This document shows, piece after piece, positions 9,641 through 17,170 of a stretch of 44,117 bases of DNA. The notes beneath the pieces are model-generated. The model did not search any database, was not told where the DNA came from, and was given only the letters and a program-made list of their open reading frames with translations. The DNA is from an uncultured Gammaproteobacteria bacterium (lineage in GTDB: Bacteria > Patescibacteriota > Patescibacteriia > SG8-24 > DYFX01). The stretch spans positions 1 to 44,117 of the forward strand of contig CAYMBC010000001.1 of NCBI GenBank assembly GCA_964388605.1, in the 5' to 3' direction. The position numbers were made by a program, and so were the translations under genes. Numbering within the stretch: position 1 is the first letter of the stretch; every line of letters starts with the position of its first letter.

Positions 9641-9726
9641 TCGCAGGGGGCTCCTCGTAAGCGGAGTTCTTTTCGTACCACCCCGTTCTTTACGCGAATA
9701 TCCGGCAGTGCCGGAAGGAGTATGTC

Positions 9727-11853
9727 ATGTTGCAAAGCATCAAGGATCGCAACGGCGACAAGGTGGTCCGCATCGGACTCCTGTCGCGTATCGATTTCGG
9801 TTCGGACGGTTTTCGACAGGGGCTTCTCCAGCTCGCTGCCGAACGGTTCGCAGCCGAAGATGTCGCCTTCGTCGTGCTCGCAGGCGGACTCGTCAGCGGC
9901 AAGTCCGTCGCCGAGAAGACGAGGATCCTGAAGAAGGAACACCAGTCGCTCGCGCGCCAGATCAAGGCGAAGGCGAAGGAACTCAAAAAGGCTGACGATG
10001 CCAAGCGCATCGCGCAGCTCGAGAAGGAGATCGCCAAGCTGAAGCGCGCCGCTCACAAGGTCACGCGGCAGCTCGCGGCGCTCACGCCCGATGAGATGGC
10101 GAAGACGCTCAACGCGTGCCTCCCGCACTTCAAGGACGGTCAGGGCCGCCCGATCAAGCTGTACTTCGTCCCGAGCCCTGTCTACGACAAGGCGATCGGC
10201 GAAGAGACGGCGGTTCGACTGGTGGATCTGCGCAAGCAGGGCGCGATGCGCGTGCTCAAGACGGGCGGCGACCGCCTCCCGCTCTGGGAAGGCAAGCCGC
10301 ATCAGCGGAACCTCGAGGTGCTCACGCTCGACAAGCAGGCGTGGCTCCGCGGCGATTACCACTCGACCCCGGTGCAGCGGCGCATCAAGGACAAGCGTCG
10401 TCAGACCTCGTCCGGCGTGCAGATCGACATCCAGGTCGTCGGTTCAGTCGGCGTCTCGATCATGAAGCCCGAAGGCAACTGGCCGATCGGTTTCGTGGCC
10501 GTGCCCGCTTTGCACCGACTGGACGACACGGGTGTCGCCGAAACGCAGGTCGGCGTGCAGGTGCTCGAGATCGAGCACGCGCGCCGCAACCCGACGCTGC
10601 GCAGCTACTCCTTCAAGGACCTGCTCAGCCACGAGCGCAGCTTCATCGGCATGCCGCAGGATCCGTCTTCCAGGCAGAGGTTGTGCCTCAATGTCTTGCG
10701 CCATCACGGGCGCTCGACGACCGGCTTCATTGCCGGCGAGGTGGGTCTCACCAAGGAGAACGTCCGTTCGACGCTCACGTCGCTGCTCTCGACCAAGTAC
10801 CACAAGCGGTACAAGACCTGGCCCGGACTCGTCTACGACGAGCCTTCCGATCGTTGGGACTTCGACCTTTCGTGGGTGCAGCGCGAGCTCCGCTATAGCC
10901 ACCCGCAAGGGGAGTTGAAGCACGATACCGTGGTCGCTATCTGCTGCATGCATGCCGGTTCTCGTGATACCGACTACAAGCACTTCCTCACCGAAGTGCC
11001 GAGGGTCATGCTCGAGAGCGGCTCCAAAATGCTTGTCAGCGCCGGCGATCACGTCGAGGGCACGTCGCATGACTTGCTCATGAAGGACGAGATCATTCTC
11101 GGTTTCGATAACACCCGGCAAGAGCGTCTGGCGGCGCATATGATCGCCACGGTACTTTACAAGGTGTTCGAGGAGCGTTTCGACGCAGGGGCGAAAGCCT
11201 CTTCGCTGAAGACGCGCGACAGCATCGTCGCGCTTGTCGACGACGCGTTGCCGCTGTTCCGTTACGTGCCGGGCAACCACTGTGGTTGGATCGGCCGGGC
11301 GGGCGTGAAGCCGCTCGTGACGATGGTGCACGAAATCGAGAAGCTCCTCACGGAGTGGATCGAGGATCACCTCGCGAGCAAGAACATGTCCGTGGACCGG
11401 ATCATGAGTCTGGTCGGACGGCATGTTGAAACGGTGGGTGACGGCAAGTTCGACCTCCCTTCCGGTATTCGCATGGGCATGACACACCCGCATATGGGCG
11501 GATCCGAGACGATCTCGAGTTCCGCTCAGAAGGCGCTCATGCTCTACCGCGACTGTCAGGTGGTGGTGATCGGTAACTTCCACACGGCCGTCGTGGTCGA
11601 AGAGTGGGATCAGAAGCTGGGGCAGCGTGTCTGCATCCAGATCCCGACGATGAAGCATGGCTCGCCGTTCGAGCACAGCAAGCTGAAGACGGTCGATCAG
11701 GGATTTGGTCTGTTGGAAGTGACGTCCGTTGGGGGCCGGATCATCGGAACTAGGACGACGTTCCACAGCAATGACAAGATCAAGCCGGAAGATCGGCGCT
11801 GGGACAGCGAAAAGCCGTTCAAGGACTTCCTCAACCTGTTCGGCATGAAGTAA
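9727..11853 (+). CDS. Large orphan protein: degenerate N-terminal and near-intact C-terminal metallophosphoesterase-like motif series separated by a winged-helix-like segment; function unknown
   Basis: SD GGAAGGAG lies 6 nt upstream and there is no alternative in-frame start (stop at 9658). C-terminal half: CCMHAG ... AGDHVEG ... PGNHCG ... THPH ... GNFHT with calcineurin-like spacing. N-terminal half has the same layout but the catalytic residues are lost. The coiled-coil insert is KKEHQSLARQIKAKAKELKK. Confidence 0.8.
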   Translation: MLQSIKDRNGDKVVRIGLLSRIDFGSDGFRQGLLQLAAERFAAEDVAFVVLAGGLVSGKSVAEKTRILKKEHQSLARQIKAKAKELKKADDAKRIAQLEKEIAKLKRAAHKVTRQLAALTPDEMAKTLNACLPHFKDGQGRPIKLYFVPSPVYDKAIGEETAVRLVDLRKQGAMRVLKTGGDRLPLWEGKPHQRNLEVLTLDKQAWLRGDYHSTPVQRRIKDKRRQTSSGVQIDIQVVGSVGVSIMKPEGNWPIGFVAVPALHRLDDTGVAETQVGVQVLEIEHARRNPTLRSYSFKDLLSHERSFIGMPQDPSSRQRLCLNVLRHHGRSTTGFIAGEVGLTKENVRSTLTSLLSTKYHKRYKTWPGLVYDEPSDRWDFDLSWVQRELRYSHPQGELKHDTVVAICCMHAGSRDTDYKHFLTEVPRVMLESGSKMLVSAGDHVEGTSHDLLMKDEIILGFDNTRQERLAAHMIATVLYKVFEERFDAGAKASSLKTRDSIVALVDDALPLFRYVPGNHCGWIGRAGVKPLVTMVHEIEKLLTEWIEDHLASKNMSVDRIMSLVGRHVETVGDGKFDLPSGIRMGMTHPHMGGSETISSSAQKALMLYRDCQVVVIGNFHTAVVVEEWDQKLGQRVCIQIPTMKHGSPFEHSKLKTVDQGFGLLEVTSVGGRIIGTRTTFHSNDKIKPEDRRWDSEKPFKDFLNLFGMK

Positions 11854-11862
11854 GGCTTTCTC

Positions 11863-11888
11863 CTGCGACGCATGTCGCAGATTTTTTT
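11863..11888 (+). terminator. Rho-independent terminator of the 708-aa gene
   Basis: CTGCGAC-gcat-GTCGCAG followed by ATTTTTTT. The T-run overlaps the stop of the convergent gene. Confidence 0.65.
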
Positions 11889-12669
11889 ACCTTTTTTGCG
11901 TCGGCGTCGCCGCGGATGGCTGGCTGCCGGCGGGCGTAAATCCTTGCGAACCCGTTTTCACGATCGTGAGATCGAAACCAAGGTCCTCCACGATGACGCT
12001 ATTCAGCGTCGGATTATCGATGTTGAAAACATCTCCGCGGCCGCGAGGTTCAAGAAAGAATCCGCCGAAGACGTAGGTTTGGCTCGGGCGGGAATCGGCG
12101 CCGATGTTTGCGACAAGCGTTTTTTCTGCGACCGCTACGTCTGGCTCGATTGGCAGTCTGCCGAAAACGGCAAGGCTCCGGCTGATCCCGACCGTTTCAT
12201 CGAAGACGAACGCGGCCGTTTTTCTTTCCAGAAGCGCTGGTTTCACGTCTCCGTTCGCGTACGCAAGCTCGGAGGCGCCTGAAAACTCGAGCGTCAGGCG
12301 CGTCCAGCGTCCGTCCGGGATGCGTTCGCTCAAGACTTTTTGAACGGCGCCGGGTTGGAGCATGACGCGTTGCGCGCCGTTAAAAAATGCGACTGATGCC
12401 CCCGCGTCATCCGCGATTTCGGCCTTGACGAGCGTTAACTCTGCGCGAGTCGCGTCGCCAGGCAAGGTCTCTGGAGGAGCCAAGTAGAGATTAAGGGCGC
12501 TGTTACGAGCTTTTTCGAGGGATTCAGGTCTTGAGGCGGGAGGCTCGGTGACGATTGTTTTGGCATAGGGCGGCAAGCCGAAGTGTGGGGCAAGAAACAA
12601 GAGCCATGCGAAGGCGCAGATGGCAAGGACTGCGAGCGCGAGAAGGAGGGAAAACGTCGAGCGTTTCAT
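11887..12669 (-). CDS. Hypothetical membrane-anchored extracytoplasmic protein
   Basis: ATG 12669 (MKRSTFSLLLALAVLAICAF, N-terminal TM) is preferred. The listed GTG at 12687 overlaps a TGcTATACT box (12686-12678, minus strand). Confidence 0.6.
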   Translation of the reverse strand: MKRSTFSLLLALAVLAICAFAWLLFLAPHFGLPPYAKTIVTEPPASRPESLEKARNSALNLYLAPPETLPGDATRAELTLVKAEIADDAGASVAFFNGAQRVMLQPGAVQKVLSERIPDGRWTRLTLEFSGASELAYANGDVKPALLERKTAAFVFDETVGISRSLAVFGRLPIEPDVAVAEKTLVANIGADSRPSQTYVFGGFFLEPRGRGDVFNIDNPTLNSVIVEDLGFDLTIVKTGSQGFTPAGSQPSAATPTQKR

Positions 12670-12677
12670 AGGTTCCC

Positions 12678-12686
12678 AGTATAGCA
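12678..12686 (-). promoter_or_regulatory. Extended -10 box (TGcTATACT) 8 nt upstream of ATG 12669
   Basis: The minus strand reads gccgTGcTATACTgggaacctATG. There is no SD. Confidence 0.45.
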
Positions 12687-12779
12687 CGGCTTCAAACGCG
12701 CGCGAGGCGGCGTCTGCCCTTGGGGAAAAGCGCGGTTGACAGTCGTGTTCTTGAAGACTAAGGTTGGACGGGATTTTCC

Positions 12780-13820
12780 ATGAAAACAGCCGAATCCGTC
12801 ACTGAAGGCCACCCCGACAAAGTCTGCGATCAAATCGCGGATGCTTTGTTGGACGAATATCTCCGTCGCGACCCGAATAGCCGCGTCGCGCTCGAGGTTT
12901 TTGGGTCGCACGGCATGCTCATGGTCGGAGGCGAGGTGACATCGCAAGGGGAAGTCGACATCGAAGCGGTGGCTAAGCAGGTGTATCAGCAGGTCGGCTA
13001 CGACGACGAGCTCGAGGTTTTTGTGAATATCGAACTGCAGTCCAACGATATCTCGCAGGGAGTCGATGCGGGCGGAGCGGGGGATCAAGGCATCATGTAC
13101 GGCTACGCCTCGATCGAAACGCCGAGCTTCCTGCCGGCGCCGATCGCGCACGCGCACGCGCTTTCTTCCAGGCTGGCTGATATGCGACGGCACGATCAGG
13201 CATTCGCGTGGTTGCGACCAGACGGAAAAACCCAAGTCACCATGGATCGCGGACGCGTGACAGCGGTTGTCGTTTCGGCGCAGCATGCGCCTGAGGTCGC
13301 GCAAGACGAGCTTCGCGCGCGCATCGCGGAACGAGTCATCGCGCCTGTCATCGGCAGCCTCGATGGAGTCGAAGTTCATGTGAATCCGACGGGAAGATTC
13401 GTTGCTGGGGGCTTTACCGCCGATACCGGCCTCACAGGACGCAAGCTCATGGTCGATACTTACGGTGGCATCATTCCGCACGGCGGCGGCGCTTTTTCCG
13501 GAAAAGATGCGACGAAAGTGGATCGTTCCGCGGCGTACATGGCTCGCTATGCTGCGAAAAATCTTGTTGCCGCTGGTCATGCCAAGAAATGCATGGTCTC
13601 GGTGGCATACGCGATCGGCAAAGCCGACCCGGTCATGCTGACGGCCCGTTCCGAAGACGGGCGCGATTTGTCGCCCCTTCTCATGAAGTATTTTGATTTC
13701 CGCCCGCAAGCGATCATTGAACGCCTTGACTTGCGTAAGCCGGTCTTTCGCGCGTCCGCGGCGTACGGGCACTTCGGCCGCGAGCAGTTTCCGTGGGAGC
13801 GCTTGATCGAGCTCGCATAA
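12780..13820 (+). CDS. metK: S-adenosylmethionine synthetase
   Basis: ESVTEGHPDKVCDQIAD, GAGDQGIMYGYA and DTYGG motifs. TTGACA (12736-12741) lies upstream. Confidence 0.95.
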   Translation: MKTAESVTEGHPDKVCDQIADALLDEYLRRDPNSRVALEVFGSHGMLMVGGEVTSQGEVDIEAVAKQVYQQVGYDDELEVFVNIELQSNDISQGVDAGGAGDQGIMYGYASIETPSFLPAPIAHAHALSSRLADMRRHDQAFAWLRPDGKTQVTMDRGRVTAVVVSAQHAPEVAQDELRARIAERVIAPVIGSLDGVEVHVNPTGRFVAGGFTADTGLTGRKLMVDTYGGIIPHGGGAFSGKDATKVDRSAAYMARYAAKNLVAAGHAKKCMVSVAYAIGKADPVMLTARSEDGRDLSPLLMKYFDFRPQAIIERLDLRKPVFRASAAYGHFGREQFPWERLIELA

Positions 13821-13823
13821 GGT

Positions 13824-13846
13824 AAAGACGCGCAGGCGCGTCTTTT
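13824..13846 (+). terminator. Rho-independent terminator after metK
   Basis: AAGACGCG-cagg-CGCGTCTT followed by TT. Confidence 0.7.
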
Positions 13847-13847
13847 G

Positions 13848-13856
13848 TGATAGAGT
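13848..13856 (+). promoter_or_regulatory. Extended -10 box (TGaTAGAGT) 10 nt upstream of ATG 13867
   Basis: tTGaTAGAGTagtcagtactATG; no SD. Confidence 0.4.
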
Positions 13857-13866
13857 AGTCAGTACT

Positions 13867-14688
13867 ATGCGAACAAGGACGTTTCTTCTCTTCGCCTTTG
13901 CCGCGCTCGCCTTGGCGGCGGCGGGGACAGCCTTCGCGTTTCGCGTCGTTATTCGCGACGAGATTGCCGCGCGTTTCAAGCCGGCGCTGCCCATCGCTCA
14001 GCCGTACGAGCCGGTTGTCCAAGCGTCGCCTTCGGAGCCGAAACCGCCTTTGAAGACCGGTTCCTCGCTTGAGGCGAAGCCCGTATCGGTTCCCGCGCCG
14101 ACCCCAACCCCAGCGGCTTCAAAAGGGGTCAACTTGGCGGTACCGTTCACATCTCAAGCGCCAAAAGCGGATTGGAGCTTGCCATACCAAGAAACATGCG
14201 AAGAGACGTCGCTTCTCATGGTTGACGCCTTTCTTTCAAATGCCGGAGCGTTCACGCCGGAGGTGGCTGATGCCAAAATTCTGAGCTTGGTCGAATGGGA
14301 GAAAAACCGATTCGGGTACTACGAGGACACGACCGCGGAGGAGGTCGCGGAAACCGCTCGGGAACGCCTCGGATATGCCCGGTCGCGCGCTTTGAAAATA
14401 ACATCGATGTCCGACGTCAAGACGGTTCTCGATCGCGGATTGCCCGTGATCGTCCCGGCCGCAGGCCGGGAACTTCGCAATCCGTACTTTTCGGGAGCTG
14501 GACCGAAATATCACATGCTCGTCATCAAGGGGTATACGGAAGACGGAAGGATCATCACGAACGACCCGGGCACGAGGCGAGGCGCGGATTACGTCTATGA
14601 TGCCAGCGTCCTTTGGGGCGCGATTCATGATTGGAATGGCGGAGACGTCGGGAACGGCGGCAAAATGATGGTCGTCGTCGAGAAATAA
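13867..14688 (+). CDS. Secreted/membrane-anchored peptidase_C39-like domain protein
   Basis: N-terminal hydrophobic anchor and a Pro-rich linker. VPFTSQAPKADWSLPYQETCEETSLLMV resembles the C39-like (PF13529-type) N-terminal Cys region. Assignment is from memory. Confidence 0.65.
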   Translation: MRTRTFLLFAFAALALAAAGTAFAFRVVIRDEIAARFKPALPIAQPYEPVVQASPSEPKPPLKTGSSLEAKPVSVPAPTPTPAASKGVNLAVPFTSQAPKADWSLPYQETCEETSLLMVDAFLSNAGAFTPEVADAKILSLVEWEKNRFGYYEDTTAEEVAETARERLGYARSRALKITSMSDVKTVLDRGLPVIVPAAGRELRNPYFSGAGPKYHMLVIKGYTEDGRIITNDPGTRRGADYVYDASVLWGAIHDWNGGDVGNGGKMMVVVEK

Positions 14689-14699
14689 AAAATGCTTCT

Positions 14700-15053
14700 T
14701 TAAAGAAGCGGGTTGGCCAACCGGATCCAAACATGCCAGATCGCGATCGCGCTTTGTAGTGCGATGCCGAAGCAAAGGACTCTCCAGAAAAAGCGTCTGC
14801 GCTTGTCCGGAGCTGCTCGCGTGAGCACGGCCAGAACAGCCCCAAGTGAAACCGCGACGAATATTTTGATCGCGACGAACCATATCTTGCCGAGCATGTA
14901 CCATGACTCGGCGACGGGATTGAGCTCGGTTCCCCCTCGCTCAAGGACGTAGACGGTGGAAACCGCATCGTACATGTGCAAAGCGACAAACAGGGCCGTC
15001 CACAAGGCGAGGCGGGCGCGTGAAGGCGGATTCCAATCGCTTGTCGTGGCCAT
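14700..15053 (-). CDS. DUF5658-like small membrane protein
   Basis: Four TM segments. DAVSTVYVLERGGTELNPV matches my recollection of the DUF5658 motif. GGAGGAG lies 6 nt upstream of the ATG. Confidence 0.65.
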   Translation of the reverse strand: MATTSDWNPPSRARLALWTALFVALHMYDAVSTVYVLERGGTELNPVAESWYMLGKIWFVAIKIFVAVSLGAVLAVLTRAAPDKRRRFFWRVLCFGIALQSAIAIWHVWIRLANPLL

Positions 15054-15121
15054 GCTGCTCTCCTCCCGGTTTGAGAAGTTGCCGCTTTCGTGGTATCAAG
15101 AACACGCACGCATGTCAATCT

Positions 15122-15346
15122 ATGGAAAATCTCACATTCGATCTTGAAGAACTGTATCAAGCAGTCAGGGAGCGGGCGCTGTCCGAGGGAGCTTTCGAGC
15201 CGGAGGAGTGGAACGACACGATCGACATGGTTCTCGGGGAGCGCGAGGGCGCTGCCGAAATTCATGACGAGGAAGATCTTTCCGCCGTCAAGGAGCAGCT
15301 TCGATCGCGGTACGATGAGTTCAAAACCGATCTCCCGGAAGCCTAG
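15122..15346 (+). CDS. Small acidic hypothetical protein (74 aa)
   Basis: ATG 15122 (MENLTFDLEELYQ). The upstream part of the listed 15020 ORF overlaps the divergent gene. No family recognised. Confidence 0.45.
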   Translation: MENLTFDLEELYQAVRERALSEGAFEPEEWNDTIDMVLGEREGAAEIHDEEDLSAVKEQLRSRYDEFKTDLPEA

Positions 15347-15388
15347 CCATTGACGTTCGATTGAAAAAGGCGTACTCTGCGTACGCTT

Positions 15389-15464
15389 GGGTCGGTAGCT
15401 CAGTCGGTAGAGCAACAGCCTTTTAAGCTGATGGTCCCGGGTTCGATCCCCGGCCGACCCACCA
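15389..15464 (+). tRNA. tRNA-Lys (anticodon UUU), CCA encoded
   Basis: Hand-folded cloverleaf. Acceptor GGGTCGG/CCGACCC, D arm GCTC-AGTCGGTA-GAGC, anticodon loop CTTTTAA, T arm CCGGG-TTCGATC-CCCGG, discriminator A plus CCA. Confidence 0.9.
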
Positions 15465-15471
15465 GAAAAAG

Positions 15472-15499
15472 CCTTACTTCGGTAGGGTTTTTTCTTTTT
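15472..15499 (+). terminator. Rho-independent terminator after tRNA-Lys
   Basis: CCTTAC-ttcg-GTAGGG followed by TTTTTTCTTTTT. Confidence 0.6.
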
Positions 15500-15520
15500 G
15501 ACGGAATCGTGACGGTTTTT

Positions 15521-15529
15521 TGATATACT
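15521..15529 (+). promoter_or_regulatory. Extended -10 box (TGaTATACT) 9 nt upstream of ATG 15539
   Basis: ttTGaTATACTgcgaggcatATG; no SD. Confidence 0.45.
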
Positions 15530-15538
15530 GCGAGGCAT

Positions 15539-16003
15539 ATGACCTTCGCATTCGCTTGGGAGTTCCCCGCCGCCGTCATTGGGGCTGTCGCGGTTTCCAT
15601 TATGACGCTTGCTCTTCTGGCGGCGATCGCCCGCACGCATCATGGGCCGACGCGCGCTGAAATCGCGGTGCTCGCCGCCCTTGCGGCAACAGGCGCATGG
15701 GCGTGGGGGACGCGCTTCGCGCTCGCGCAAAGGTTTTTTCCGGATACGACAAGCATTGTCGAGGAACGTGTTGTCCGAGGCCTTTTGAGCCATGGCGACT
15801 GCGCGGCTTTTGTCGCTCAGACGGGATTGGGAAGCGATGACGGGTCAAGATGCGTCATCCGCGTCTTGAGCGCGCATGGACGGTACGTGGCGGCGGATCC
15901 TCCTCGGAAATCTTTCGAGTCTCCGTGCGACGTGACCGCGCAAGAGGAAATACGGACATGGTCGTTCGCCCTCGGTTCGCTTCGCGATTGGTGTTCGCGC
16001 TAG
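15539..16003 (+). CDS. Hypothetical membrane protein
   Basis: Two predicted TM helices at the N-terminus. No family recognised. Its stop overlaps the convergent gene's stop in a CTAG tetranucleotide. Confidence 0.45.
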   Translation: MTFAFAWEFPAAVIGAVAVSIMTLALLAAIARTHHGPTRAEIAVLAALAATGAWAWGTRFALAQRFFPDTTSIVEERVVRGLLSHGDCAAFVAQTGLGSDDGSRCVIRVLSAHGRYVAADPPRKSFESPCDVTAQEEIRTWSFALGSLRDWCSR

Positions 16004-17064
16004 TCCTCCTCGAAAAGAAGTTGTCCGCCTCGGTTCGCAGCAAGGACGATATACCACACTTGCCCGTCTGCGAAAGGCATGTTTTTTCCGGAGGCGTCAA
16101 AGACGCCCGTCGATTCGTTGACGGAGGTTTTTCTCCATGTTCCGGAATGCCGCAAGCCGTTGCGGAAGACCGTCGCGGCACCGCTGCCGATCGTCTGCAG
16201 GCCGATCAAGCCTTTTCCGTGCGGGTCGGGGACATTGAGAGCGTCGGTTTCCAGCACGACAACGGTTTTTGGAACGACCGGTGAGCCGTCGCGATCATAA
16301 ACTTGCCGATCCCGTCGCCAGAGAGTGTAGCCGTCTCCATTCGCGTTCACCCTGAATTCGACGATTTCTGAACCCTCGATCTGGACAACTTGGATGCGCG
16401 TTGCCGGGGTGCCTGTTGCCGCCTCTCGGCTCCGTTTCGTGGCGTCAAGGGACTCCGTGGTCGATGCCCAACCCTTTTTTCCGATCAGCTCTCGCAGCCG
16501 CGCTGTCGACGTATACGCGTTATGAGGAGCATCGCGCTTGGAATCGCGCCAAAATGCCTGACCGTTGCTGAATTCGTTGGCATCGTCGAGTCCGAGCGCC
16601 CCGGACGCGAGCTGCGCGAGAGCTTCATCACTGCCCCCGACATGCGCATAAACGGCATCGAACTCGCGAGCCCAGCGCAGGAAATACGGCCGCGCGCTGC
16701 GTACCGGACCGATCTCTGTCGCGCTGGCGCTTCGGAAGATCAGCATGTTTCGCGTCAGCCCTCCTTCGACCGGGGCTTCCCAAACGACGTCGGCTTTTGA
16801 AATTCCGGATTGCGGACGCGCATTCGGATGGTTATCGACCATAACCGCGACGGGGCGCGTGTAATCGATGGGGCGTTCCGGTTCCGGCTCGGTCGAGGTC
16901 GGCAACGCGATCGGTTCGAGCGAAGAGCGTATCCAAAGCGTGATCAGCCCTTCTCGGGAGGCAGCACGCACGATCAGCTGCAAGAACGGGATGAAGAAGA
17001 AACCGAAAACCAAGCCTGCAAAGGCCGCATGTTCTCTTTGGGCGAAGCGCCGCAGGCTTTTCAT
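16000..17064 (-). CDS. DUF3048-domain secreted/membrane-anchored protein
   Basis: N-terminal TM. PVAVMVDNHPNARPQSGISKADVVWEAPVEGGLTRNMLIF is the characteristic DUF3048 N-terminal block as I recall it. Confidence 0.75.
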   Translation of the reverse strand: MKSLRRFAQREHAAFAGLVFGFFFIPFLQLIVRAASREGLITLWIRSSLEPIALPTSTEPEPERPIDYTRPVAVMVDNHPNARPQSGISKADVVWEAPVEGGLTRNMLIFRSASATEIGPVRSARPYFLRWAREFDAVYAHVGGSDEALAQLASGALGLDDANEFSNGQAFWRDSKRDAPHNAYTSTARLRELIGKKGWASTTESLDATKRSREAATGTPATRIQVVQIEGSEIVEFRVNANGDGYTLWRRDRQVYDRDGSPVVPKTVVVLETDALNVPDPHGKGLIGLQTIGSGAATVFRNGLRHSGTWRKTSVNESTGVFDASGKNMPFADGQVWYIVLAANRGGQLLFEED

Positions 17065-17170
17065 GCCCCTATCGTAACCTTAGGATGACCGGTTGACAAT
17101 GGATTTTTTTCTTGGTTGAGTGGGCACAGGTCGTTTTGACCCTACCTACCCTCTTACGAGGAGTAATTTC

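Noticed and set aside
16000-16003. Convergent genes sharing a CTAG stop/stop overlap.
   Set aside because: This is a trivial consequence of TAG being read on both strands, and the coding status of the 15539 ORF is itself uncertain.
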